A DNA stretch of 29,478 nt, from assembly GCA_027491735.1 (NCBI GenBank), contig JAOZGP010000012.1:1-29478 (forward strand), read 5' to 3'. Shown piece by piece: positions 1-9,009 of this stretch (position 1 is the stretch's first letter; each line of letters starts with the position of its first letter). The notes below the pieces were generated by a model. That model searched no databases. It saw only the letters and a list, made by a program, of their open reading frames with translations, and was not told where the DNA came from. The DNA is from Thermoproteota archaeon (lineage in GTDB: Archaea > Korarchaeota > Korarchaeia > Korarchaeales > Korarchaeaceae). A program made the translations under genes and the position numbers.

Positions 1-179
1 CTTCAATACACAGATCCGTCAGTGCCTGCGCCGTCTGACATCTCAGACCATCACGAACGCATCAAAAATCCACTCAGGCAAACAACCCCACCGCTAAATC
101 GAGAGCTTCCTCGCACCTTCAGGTAAAATGTTTAAATCTTGGATGCGTCTAAGCGTTATGTGATATACCTGCCGAGAGG

Positions 180-1538
180 ATGACCCGAATGAGGCGGGAA
201 GCCTTTGGTGGAGAGGAGTGCTGTCCTCAGCTCCTCCGGGACATGATCTCCAAGCCGTTTATAAAGACTATTGTTATCAAGGGGGCTCCGGGGGCTGGAA
301 AGACGACCCTATCCCTGGAGATCATGAACGCCATCGGTTCCGGGATATACGTATCCACCAGAGTGGCGATCAGAGAGCTCGTTGAGCAGCATCCCTACAT
401 GAAGCCCATGCTCGAAAGAGGCGAACTCGAGGACGTTTCTTTCGAGGACCTCAGGCTTGGATCGGCGGCCGACATAATGGAGATAGTTCTCAGGGCTATC
501 AGGAAGAGAAGGGGTGTTGTTGTGCTGGACTCCTGGGACACATTGGCTAACGAACTAGATCCTCTGGAGAGATTAAAGGCGGAGAAGTCCCTGACCGCCA
601 TGGTGGAGCCGAGAGAGGTCAAGCTGATCTTTGTGAAGGAATCAGCGGAAACCAGCTCCATAGACTACCTGGCCGACGCTGTGATAGCTCTGAAGGATGA
701 GGAGTTCAGAGGATTCAGGATCAGATATCTCGTCTGGGAGAAGATCAGAGGTACAGAGATCCCACAGAAGAGATATCTCTTCACCCTACATGGTGGAAGG
801 TTCAAACTTCTCGTGCCCACTGAGGTCAGAAGGCCGAGAATTACTGAGGAGTTTCGCCCTCTAGGGGGAAGCTTCGGGTCATACTCGACCGGAAATGAGG
901 ATCTAGACAGGATTCTGGGAGGAATTCAGAAGGGCTCCGGTCTGCTGATAACCCTTGGAAGGAATGTTCACTCCCACGCTCCCCTGCCCATCATCTTGAG
1001 CATTGCCATCAATTTCGTCATGAACGGAGGGTCCTGTGTTATTTTACCGCTGGCAGGAGTGAGGACCGACGTTCTAACAAGCGTGAGGAGAGTTCTTCCT
1101 CCCGAAATACGGGACCTCATGGCTGTGATAAGATTAGAAAGCAGTAAGCACTCTACTCACGGTGTTGATTTCTCATCTCCATGGAAAGCTAAGGAAATCG
1201 TCCTGAAGGTTGTGGAGGAGATCAGATCGAGAAGCGAAAGGAACAGATGTATGATCGTGATGGGAACCGATTTCATGGAGTACTCCTTCCCTGAGAGATC
1301 CCTCCTGACCACAATCTTGGGCGTGCTTGATTACATAAAGGACACAGAAGACATTGCCGTCTTTCTGGCTAGAGATTCCACTAGATGCAGAAATGAGCTG
1401 GAGGATCTGTTGGAGCTCTCCGTACGTCTGGACATGATCTGCCGGACGCTGGTGTTCTACAGCATCAAGCCTCCCTCGGGAATCTACCACATGGAGATAC
1501 CGGAGGAGCTAAGGATCCAACTGACTCCGATAGTGTGA
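180..1538 (+). CDS. GvpD/KaiC/RAD55-like RecA-superfamily ATPase with two domains (second degenerate)
   Basis: Walker A GAPGAGKTT, Walker B VVVLDSW, DYLADAVIAL and KIRG motifs. A second domain starts YSTGNEDLDRILGGIQKGS but has no intact Walker A. Start uncertain (180/189/243). Confidence 0.8.
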   Translation: MTRMRREAFGGEECCPQLLRDMISKPFIKTIVIKGAPGAGKTTLSLEIMNAIGSGIYVSTRVAIRELVEQHPYMKPMLERGELEDVSFEDLRLGSAADIMEIVLRAIRKRRGVVVLDSWDTLANELDPLERLKAEKSLTAMVEPREVKLIFVKESAETSSIDYLADAVIALKDEEFRGFRIRYLVWEKIRGTEIPQKRYLFTLHGGRFKLLVPTEVRRPRITEEFRPLGGSFGSYSTGNEDLDRILGGIQKGSGLLITLGRNVHSHAPLPIILSIAINFVMNGGSCVILPLAGVRTDVLTSVRRVLPPEIRDLMAVIRLESSKHSTHGVDFSSPWKAKEIVLKVVEEIRSRSERNRCMIVMGTDFMEYSFPERSLLTTILGVLDYIKDTEDIAVFLARDSTRCRNELEDLLELSVRLDMICRTLVFYSIKPPSGIYHMEIPEELRIQLTPIV

Positions 1539-1539
1539 G

Positions 1540-1851
1540 GTGACTCCCGTGAGCCTAGATGAGGAGATCCTTGAGTGCGTCGACAGGGGGCTCAGCTCCC
1601 TGGGTGAGAGTGCTAAATATGTGATATACTGGCATCTGAAAAAGGATCACAAGATCTCGAGGGAGGAGATTCCGAGGAACCCAGAGAAGTTTTTAAAAGC
1701 CCTGAACGATATGTTCGGGGATGCTGGTGCTGCAGTTCTCGAGAGGTCCATCATAAGGGAGATAAAGCTCAGATTTGGTGATGTTGAGGGAGATAGACTT
1801 AAGGAGATCGTAGAGGAGCTCAAAAGGAGATTCGGCGATAGTTCTTCCTGA
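1540..1851 (+). CDS. Small alpha-helical protein, DUF3227-like partner of archaeal KaiC-like ATPases
   Basis: Starts 1 nt after the ATPase stop. The pattern L..LGES...VI..HL.......EEIP..PEKF..AL..MFG.AGA.VLE..I resembles DUF3227-type proteins. Confidence 0.65.
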   Translation: MTPVSLDEEILECVDRGLSSLGESAKYVIYWHLKKDHKISREEIPRNPEKFLKALNDMFGDAGAAVLERSIIREIKLRFGDVEGDRLKEIVEELKRRFGDSSS

Positions 1852-2056
1852 AGCTCTTTCTCTGAGGTGCTGATGTGAAAGTGCCTCAACATCTGGTTCC
1901 TCCAGAGGATCTGGAGCGAGCTTCTTTCTTGACAGTTCCTCATTAGCTTGGAGGGAGCGTTGCAGTAACTTCCCATCTGTGTACCTCTGAGCAAGTTTTC
2001 AGCTATCTCCTTGGGCCTCCAGCACTCCAACTTACGGACAGATGGTCGACAACTGG

Positions 2057-2779
2057 TCAGATCGAGGAACAGATGGGGCACTTGGGATCCCTCTCCACAT
2101 CGACAATCTCAAAGTCGAGATCCCTACCATCAAACAGGAGGAGCCTTCCGATGAGCGGTTCTCCTACTTCTGTGATGAGCTTTATCGTCTCTAAAGCCTC
2201 AAGCGATCCTATGATACCGACCACTGGACCTAATACTGGCTGTAAGGATTTTTCCTCCATCTCCTTGAAGATGCACCTCAGACAGGGTCCTCTACCTGGA
2301 AAGACCACGGTAAGCTGTCCTCTGAACCCAGACACTCCAGCATGCACGTAGGGTGTGCCCGTCTTCACACATGCATCGTTCAGAACAAAGCGAGATTTCC
2401 AGCTATCGAGTCCGTCCACCACAAGATCTACCTCAGCAATCAGGTTCATGACGTTGTTCTCATCTACATCGATCTGGAAAGGGATCACATTCACATCAGG
2501 ATTGAGTTCTCTCAGTCTCTCGGCTGCTACATCGACCTTTGGTTTGCCTATATCCAACATCCCATAGAGAAACTGTCTGTTTAGATTACTCTCATTAACG
2601 AAATCCCTGTCCACGATGAAAATCCTGCCGATGCCAGCCGCTATCAGGTAGGTGGCTGCGACGCATCCGAGTCCTCCCATCCCCACCACAGCTACAGAGG
2701 AGTTCCTCAGACACATCTGTCCTCTGTCACCTATCATTGGAAGCTGCCTCTTGTACCTCATAACGGCCTCACCCTCCAC
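2057..2779 (-). CDS. moeB: ThiF/MoeB/UbaA-family E1-like adenylyltransferase
   Basis: RYKRQ, GMGGLG nucleotide-binding loop, SNLNRQ, and two Zn-binding CxxC pairs (CLRC, CPIC). Overlaps the upstream Ubl gene. Confidence 0.93.
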   Translation of the reverse strand: MEGEAVMRYKRQLPMIGDRGQMCLRNSSVAVVGMGGLGCVAATYLIAAGIGRIFIVDRDFVNESNLNRQFLYGMLDIGKPKVDVAAERLRELNPDVNVIPFQIDVDENNVMNLIAEVDLVVDGLDSWKSRFVLNDACVKTGTPYVHAGVSGFRGQLTVVFPGRGPCLRCIFKEMEEKSLQPVLGPVVGIIGSLEALETIKLITEVGEPLIGRLLLFDGRDLDFEIVDVERDPKCPICSSI

Positions 2780-3044
2780 CAGCAGGTGGAAAGACCGCCA
2801 CAGCGTCTCCGTCCTTGAACCGGATCTCCCCCTTTATGTCCTTAAGGTTCCTGCCGTTGATCAGGATTATCCTGTCCTTCCTCACCTCTCCTTTCTCATC
2901 AAAGATTTCCCTTCTGAAGTCCTTGCCGAGGATCTTGGAGGCGGCCTCGGCCAAACTCTCCAAGGTCTCGCCACATTCCAGCTGGACCTCCTTGGTCCCG
3001 TACTCATCCCTCAAGAATGCGAAGAGCTTCAGCGTGATCCTCAT
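2769..3044 (-). CDS. Ubiquitin-like MoaD/ThiS/SAMP sulfur carrier
   Basis: 91 aa beta-grasp pattern LKLFAFLR...ILINGRN...KDGDAVAVFPPAGGG with C-terminal di-glycine. Confidence 0.93.
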   Translation of the reverse strand: MRITLKLFAFLRDEYGTKEVQLECGETLESLAEAASKILGKDFRREIFDEKGEVRKDRIILINGRNLKDIKGEIRFKDGDAVAVFPPAGGG

Positions 3045-3070
3045 CGAGGGACTCTATCATTGAGATCTTT

Positions 3071-3970
3071 TTAAGTTTGTCTGTCTTCCTCTGAGATGAA
3101 GGCCACGATCTTCTCCCCCTTCGAGTACGCTAAGGCCATTCTTCTGGTGGTGTGAGCATAGCCGAATCTTCCAGCACTATCTATCAGTATGAGGCCTCCC
3201 AGACCACCAGTCCTCTCCTTCATGATCTTCAGGGCAACCTCAGCTGCGCTCTTAGGGTGCCCCGTCGAGTGAATCAGATCGACGGCGAGTTTCGAGAGCA
3301 AAACCCTCATAGTGCTCTCTCCATGTCCAGTAGCACTCGCCGCACCGACCAGGTTGTCAGCGTAAGCCCCACACCCTATGAGGGGGGAGTCGCCAACCCT
3401 TCCGACCATCTTGTTCGGAAGTCCTCCCGTTGATGTGGCAGCGGCCAGATCACCGTTTGAGTCCATGGCAACAGCCCCAACAGTGGAGAATATGTAACTG
3501 GACCTCTTTCCCTCTCTTCGAAGGTTTTTCCATCTCTCTACCTCTCTCTCCACGATGAGCTCCGATGGATCCACCAGACCAAGGCCAAACCTCTCGGCTA
3601 GCCTCTCAGCCCCTTCAGACACGAACATGTGGAACTCCGTTCTCTCCATCACCAGACGAGCCAGTCTGATCGGGTTTCTTACCCTCCGAACGGAGGCCAC
3701 GGAGCCGAATTTTAGGGTCCTCCCATCGACTATCATGGCATCGAGCTCCACAAAACCCTTCTCGTTGAGAAAGGAACCTACTCCAGCATCAAACGCAGGA
3801 TTGTCCTCCATATATGATACTGCCTGCTCTACTGCATCTAAAGCCGATCCTCCAGAATTTAAAATGTTGAGACCAAGACCTGCTGCTTTCCTGACTCCAT
3901 TGAGGTGGGGTTTCATCAGATCATCTGATATTGACCATGCTCCACCGTGCACTATGATCCTTGGCTTCAC
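3071..3970 (-). CDS. Isoaspartyl peptidase / plant-type L-asparaginase (Ntn hydrolase)
   Basis: IIVHGGAW, FDAGVGS, ELDAMI, nucleophile Thr in TVGAVAMD, ATSTGG, GRVGDSP and TGHGE motifs. Confidence 0.93.
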   Translation of the reverse strand: MKPRIIVHGGAWSISDDLMKPHLNGVRKAAGLGLNILNSGGSALDAVEQAVSYMEDNPAFDAGVGSFLNEKGFVELDAMIVDGRTLKFGSVASVRRVRNPIRLARLVMERTEFHMFVSEGAERLAERFGLGLVDPSELIVEREVERWKNLRREGKRSSYIFSTVGAVAMDSNGDLAAATSTGGLPNKMVGRVGDSPLIGCGAYADNLVGAASATGHGESTMRVLLSKLAVDLIHSTGHPKSAAEVALKIMKERTGGLGGLILIDSAGRFGYAHTTRRMALAYSKGEKIVAFISEEDRQT

Positions 3971-4235
3971 ATCCGTTCGTCCTCATCCGGGTTTATTAAG
4001 ATTTGGATCTCCTCATGCTCTTCTTGGACAATCTACACCTCTTTTACTCGTCTTTTCACCAGAAGATTGGTGACTATCATTGTATGCCGAGGATCGGAGG
4101 TCATATTGTTCCAAGCGAAGAGCAGCATGGAAAAAGCAGTGGTTTAGTTTGTAGAGTATAATGGCCTCCAGGGGCGATTGTTGTGAAGAGGACAGCCACA
4201 AGGACCGTCCTCAGCCTGAGACATGTTCTATCCAT
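3967..4235 (-). pseudogene. Possible decayed small membrane-protein gene
   Basis: ATG at 4235 overlaps the upstream stop, and a TGA at 3967-3969 overlaps the asparaginase GTG. Hydrophobic fragments lie in different frames, with an internal TAG. Confidence 0.25.
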
Positions 4236-4866
4236 CACCTTCAGAGGAGACTTTACCCTCAGTTTGATATCTCTTGCACAAGGCCTCTATGCTGTCCTTG
4301 AAGAAGAACCAGACAGAGAAAACGCCTATAGTTATGCCAACGCCCAGAGATATCCCCGATACTAGACCTGCCTTAACTTCACTGCTTAAGGTAGTGAGAT
4401 CTATTATCACAGCAAGAACAAGAAGTAGTGAGACCATCAGAACAAGCCCCTTCGCCTTGTTCTCCATTTTCACCAGAGTTGTGATGGAGCTTATCCCGAA
4501 TATGAAGACCGTTATCAGGAAGGTCACGCTCATCACCTTGGAGAGGTAGGAGGCGTACAGGTGGTAACTCGGATTTGAAGCAGGTATGAAGATGTTCAGG
4601 AGGATCGCCGAGAAGAGAAAGAAGAGACCTAGATCTACTAGAACTATGAAGGCTCTCTTTATGAGTGAGTAAAGGGAGGCTGCCTGATATCTCCTCAGAA
4701 GCTCCTCTACCTCTGCTACTCTAAGGAGCCAGAGAATGGCGGAGTTCATCATCTTCACGAGCGCTATGAAGAAGACGAAGAGCATTATCGATATTGCCAC
4801 CCTTGGGAGGAGGCTTATCATGTCAGCGAGGACGAACTCAAAAGCCCTGGATATGTCCATCAGCAC
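4228..4866 (-). CDS. Membrane protein with an MscS/CmpX-like conserved TM helix
   Basis: About 5 hydrophobic segments. LPRVAISIMLFVFFIALVKMM...LLR resembles the TM-helix repeat of small mechanosensitive channel proteins. Overlaps the MFS stop. Confidence 0.55.
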   Translation of the reverse strand: MLMDISRAFEFVLADMISLLPRVAISIMLFVFFIALVKMMNSAILWLLRVAEVEELLRRYQAASLYSLIKRAFIVLVDLGLFFLFSAILLNIFIPASNPSYHLYASYLSKVMSVTFLITVFIFGISSITTLVKMENKAKGLVLMVSLLLVLAVIIDLTTLSSEVKAGLVSGISLGVGITIGVFSVWFFFKDSIEALCKRYQTEGKVSSEGDG

Positions 4867-6230
4867 AGAAGGAACGCCAACTTGTATATAAGATACATCA
4901 GCATCACAATCACTGCCATCGCCACTATCCTGATCAGCAGCACTATCGCCTGCCTTGAGGTCTCCATCATCAAGGTGTAGCTGAAGATGCTTATGGACCT
5001 TATCAGTCGAGCATAACCTAGAGCCATGGGTTTCGATAGAAGGGTGGTCTCAGGTATGGCTATGATGACCAGCAAAGCCGCTACGGCCTTGAATGCTCCG
5101 GCCAGGATTAGGAGGAGGAGAGGTGATCTGAGGAGCATGCCTGCGATGGAGGCCATGGCCGTACCTATCAGGGTGGCCGCTGATATCATGACACTAGCCC
5201 TGGACGCTCCAAGCTCCTTGACATAGCTGGAGTATATCGAAAGAGCCATGAGGTTCGCTCCCACGAATGAAGCTGACATGAGAAAGGAGAGAACTGGATG
5301 GAACTGGGGCATAGCGATGAAGGGGATCAGGAAGGTGATTGCTGTGTTCAGCAGCACTGCCACCCTATGCCTACCATAGGTCGTCAAGAGATATGAGCCT
5401 AGGATTCCTCCTAAGGATCCAAAGAAGCTGAGCAGGCCTGCTAAGTAACTAGGAGCTCCTAAGTACTTGAGGTAAGGTATCCAAGCTATTCCTATGAGCC
5501 CTCCTCCTGTGAACATTATGGAGAGAAAGAGGAACGTTGTTGTGGTCTCGGCCTCAATGTCAAGCTTTGGCCTTGGTTTCTCAGGAACCTGAACTTCAGG
5601 TACGTTCAGGAAGATCAACAGGGCTGTGGATGTTAGGCCTGTAAATCCAGCGCTCAGATACGCTATGAAATATCCATCTATCGAAGGAAAAATCGCCAGA
5701 ACTGCGGACATGAAGAAACCCGCCAGGAGAGCTGATGCTGAGCTCACAGCGCTCCTTCTGGAGAATATGTACTTAGTCCTGCCTTCGTTGGGTATAGACA
5801 TTATTACGGAGTTAATAAGAGTTCCAACCACTACGGAGACACAGACAGCAGCTGCATAGGCCAAGGAAGTCAACCTCCAGTCCCAGATCATAAAAGGAAG
5901 GCTCATCCAAAAAATCCTCTCGGCAAAGTGAACTCCGAGTAGCTTGGGCTTCATCCTCCCTGAAATCAAGTTCGGCCTGTTGTAGAGGACGTAAGATAAG
6001 AAAGCTCCCGTCACAGCCGAGAAAAATACTACGATGGATATCTCGCTTAGTGTGAAGTCGTTGTAGCTGAGCATGACTATGAAGAGGCTCCTGGTCACCG
6101 TGACATAGAACCCGCCGAAAAGGGCTTCTGCTACCAGTATGACCCTCTCGTGTCTCCAGTCTGAGAGCCCTCTGGCTCCTATAGCTCCCGTTATGTGGCC
6201 CACCAAGGGCAGTTCTCGAGTCGACCTCAT
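4860..6230 (-). CDS. MFS-like multi-pass transporter
   Basis: At least 12 hydrophobic segments in two halves, separated by a polar loop (PEVQVPEKPRPK). Start uncertain; the ORF is open to 6278. Confidence 0.7.
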   Translation of the reverse strand: MRSTRELPLVGHITGAIGARGLSDWRHERVILVAEALFGGFYVTVTRSLFIVMLSYNDFTLSEISIVVFFSAVTGAFLSYVLYNRPNLISGRMKPKLLGVHFAERIFWMSLPFMIWDWRLTSLAYAAAVCVSVVVGTLINSVIMSIPNEGRTKYIFSRRSAVSSASALLAGFFMSAVLAIFPSIDGYFIAYLSAGFTGLTSTALLIFLNVPEVQVPEKPRPKLDIEAETTTTFLFLSIMFTGGGLIGIAWIPYLKYLGAPSYLAGLLSFFGSLGGILGSYLLTTYGRHRVAVLLNTAITFLIPFIAMPQFHPVLSFLMSASFVGANLMALSIYSSYVKELGASRASVMISAATLIGTAMASIAGMLLRSPLLLLILAGAFKAVAALLVIIAIPETTLLSKPMALGYARLIRSISIFSYTLMMETSRQAIVLLIRIVAMAVIVMLMYLIYKLAFLLC

Positions 6231-6921
6231 TTTTACTCTACTGAAGGGTTGCATCATTCCCGTTGGAAGCATGGACAAGCGCGGTCTTCGGATCCCGCGA
6301 AGCCCTGGAGGTTTCCAACAAATCGAAATTCATCACAAGGTATCCAGTAAACCACAATTGTCCCCGGACCATGCCTCCTGCTCCACCTCGACCACGCGTC
6401 TGGCTTCATCAGGAGTTGGCAGAGCTCCCCACCCCACGTCCTAGCAAGAGGCATGGGTTGCATCGGTGCATTCAGATCTTCGCTCCCGGGCCATATCTGG
6501 GACACTTGAGCTCTCTCTTGTCGGCTTGACAACATGCCTGGGAGGTCCTCAGCAGCTAGATCCATTTAAATTTAACTACAGTTCGTTCACCGACTGAAAC
6601 TGGTTGCCCTGCTGCAGATTTCATGAAAAGTTTCTAAGTTGTGGTTGAGGATCCGTCCTGGCCATCCATCGCCTTCTTAACTCCTATACACACACCCGAG
6701 GGCCTCCCATCAGGTTTCATTGGATGGCTTCCAGACTCATCCCATCCTCACAATCCCGAGCAAAGCAGTCCAAAGCTGCCATCTCACGGAGATCCCGATG
6801 TCATGAAGGTCATCACGCTACGGACGTTATACATCACATGTGTGATCTCTCCCACGTATCCTCAGGAAGCCATCAGAATGGGGAACGCATATTTATTTTT
6901 GAGTCGTTTTTTCTTAGAAAA

Positions 6922-8118
6922 ATGACGGAACTCCTATCCTTGGCTCTTCTCAGTTTCTTCGCTATAATAGCTCCCGTGACGGCTAGAATCAGCAGGGTTC
7001 CCTGCGTAGTTATAGAGATACTCCTGGGCATGCTCTTGGGAAGAACTCTCCTCAACTTAGTCGACATGAGCGGAGCGTGGACCTCTTTTTTGTTCGACTT
7101 TGGCTTGATCTACCTACTTTTCTTGGCAGGATTAGAGATAGACGTCAAGTTTCTCAGAAAGAATGCCGTAGATTCTCTCGTGATTGGTTCTGCCTCAACT
7201 CTGGTGCCTTTTGCCTTCGGATACCTCATAGGAGTGCTTCTTGACGTTGATCCCATGATATTGGGTGCTATATTCTCGACCACCTCTGTGGGAATTGTGC
7301 TTCCAGCAGCTAAGGAGATGGAGGAGAGCATGGATGATCTTCTATCCTCAAAAAAACCGTTCTCGAAGCTCCTGGTAGGAGCCACCGCAGTGTCGGACAT
7401 GGGAAGCATGCTGATTCTCGCCTTCATAGTCCAGAGCAGGAGCGGTAACCCGAACATGATACCCCTTATGCTCTTATCAGTTTTGCTCATGATCCCATCC
7501 TTCAAGGCTGTAAGAGCTTATTCTCGGGTTGTTCACAGGATACAGGATCTGGAAAAGAAATACCATTTCACAACGAGATTGGCCATGATCGTGATGATAG
7601 TCTTCGCTGCTTTGGCAGAGGCCATGGGAGTTCACGCTGTTGTAGGATCTTTTTTCGCAGGTATGCTTGTCTCTGAGCTTACAGAGAGTTCAGAGGATCT
7701 CTTGAGAAATCTAACTTCATTCGGATACGCTCTTTTCTTGCCCATGTTCTTCCTGATAGCTGGAGCAAAGATAGATCTCCCCTCTGCCCTCTATGGAGGA
7801 GATCTCCTTCTTCTCCCAATTTTTCTGGTGTTCAGCTTCTTGGGCAAACTGGGGAGCACCTACGTCGTGGCTATCAAAAGAGGGCTTGAAAGAGAGGCCG
7901 CACTCGTAATGGGAACCTTCATGTGGGCAAAGCTCAGCCTGACAATCGCCGCTGCCGAGGCTGGCCTTAAGCTGGGGATGATAGACATATCGCTCTACTC
8001 GACTCTCGTCGTGTTCGCTCTGTTGACTGTGATTCTGACTCCAATAATGGCCAAGGCCCTGGTAAGCAAATACGCATCATTCGTAGCTGAGGTGGAGACC
8101 GTAGAGGAGGTGTTGTGA
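6922..8118 (+). CDS. Cation:proton antiporter (CPA2/KefB/NapA family)
   Basis: P.VVIEILLG, LLFLAGLEID, STTSVGIV, GSFFAG and FLPMFF motifs. ATG 6922 is preferred over 6724 because the upstream extension is non-hydrophobic and follows an AT-rich tract. Confidence 0.9.
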   Translation: MTELLSLALLSFFAIIAPVTARISRVPCVVIEILLGMLLGRTLLNLVDMSGAWTSFLFDFGLIYLLFLAGLEIDVKFLRKNAVDSLVIGSASTLVPFAFGYLIGVLLDVDPMILGAIFSTTSVGIVLPAAKEMEESMDDLLSSKKPFSKLLVGATAVSDMGSMLILAFIVQSRSGNPNMIPLMLLSVLLMIPSFKAVRAYSRVVHRIQDLEKKYHFTTRLAMIVMIVFAALAEAMGVHAVVGSFFAGMLVSELTESSEDLLRNLTSFGYALFLPMFFLIAGAKIDLPSALYGGDLLLLPIFLVFSFLGKLGSTYVVAIKRGLEREAALVMGTFMWAKLSLTIAAAEAGLKLGMIDISLYSTLVVFALLTVILTPIMAKALVSKYASFVAEVETVEEVL

Positions 8119-9009
8119 TCAGGGCACCACACCTCTTATATCGTCCAGCGTTAGACCCCTCTCGATCAAAAATGATCTCAACCCATCAGTGACCTCGTTT
8201 ATTACCTTTAGTCCCCTTCTCAAGGCTGTTCCAATTCCAACAGCATCAGCTCCTGCCATGATCATCTCGGCAGCGTCTCTCCAGTTCTCCACACCTCCCG
8301 TTCCGATTATGGCCGCACCTGGAAGGGTTTTTCTTATCTCATAAATAAAGCGAACTGCCACAGGTCTCACAGCAGGACCTGAGAGGCCTCCAACCACTCC
8401 TCCGAGCACCGGTCTCAGGAGGTCCACGTCTATAACCATGGCCTTCAGGGTGTTCACTGCTGTGAAGCCGTCAGCTCCAGCTTCGCTGAGAGTCCTCACG
8501 AAGGATGGGACATCCTGAACGTGGGGGGTGACCTTTACCAATATAGGTACATCGACCTCCCTGTCGATCGATCTCACAAGCTCCACAGACTTGTTTATCA
8601 GATTTATCCCTATATCCTGGACGTTGGGGCACGATGTGTTGACCTCGACAGCTGAGGCTCCAGATTCAACCAGGAGGGAGGCCATAGTCTTGGCCTCCTC
8701 AGCTGAGGTCGGAGCGATGCTTCCTATAATGGGCACCGACATGTGGGGGACAGCAGATCTTATCTCCTCGCACATGAGCTCAATCCCGGGATTCGGAATT
8801 CCCATAGAGTTCACAAGGCCGAACTCAAGCTCCACTATGTTTGGTAGGGGATTTCCAGATCTAGGCCTCAAGGTCACGGATTTCGTGGTCACCGCCCCTG
8901 CTCCCTCCCTATCAAGCCGTAGAAACAATCCTCTGCTGATGCCGAGGATGCCGGAAGCTATCACAATGGGATTTCTCAGTTTAACTCCAGCTAGATCGAC
9001 TTCTAACAA
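8119..9009 (-). CDS. pyrD: Dihydroorotate dehydrogenase, family 1 catalytic subunit
   Basis: NPIVIASG, TTKSVT, NSMGIPNPG, catalytic NTSCPN, GGLSGPAVRP and IIGTGG motifs. Confidence 0.95.
   Translation of the reverse strand: MLEVDLAGVKLRNPIVIASGILGISRGLFLRLDREGAGAVTTKSVTLRPRSGNPLPNIVELEFGLVNSMGIPNPGIELMCEEIRSAVPHMSVPIIGSIAPTSAEEAKTMASLLVESGASAVEVNTSCPNVQDIGINLINKSVELVRSIDREVDVPILVKVTPHVQDVPSFVRTLSEAGADGFTAVNTLKAMVIDVDLLRPVLGGVVGGLSGPAVRPVAVRFIYEIRKTLPGAAIIGTGGVENWRDAAEMIMAGADAVGIGTALRRGLKVINEVTDGLRSFLIERGLTLDDIRGVVP

Noticed and set aside
180-1538. Gas vesicle or circadian clock system
   Set aside because: No gvpA/gvpN or kaiB genes are in the window; the similarity is limited to the ATPase family.
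1647-2081. 144-aa minus-strand ORF
   Set aside because: Overlaps the better-supported plus-strand gene by ~200 nt and has no recognisable motif.
6246-6464. 10-bp direct repeat GGGTTGCATC (6246-6255 and 6455-6464) as a target-site duplication
   Set aside because: No terminal inverted repeats or transposase; one 10-mer repeat can occur by chance.
6724-6921. N-terminal extension of the antiporter (similarly 28101-28259 for the GT4 and 11219-11263 for TldD)
   Set aside because: Family-like sequence begins at the downstream ATG, so the extensions look like longest-ORF artefacts.
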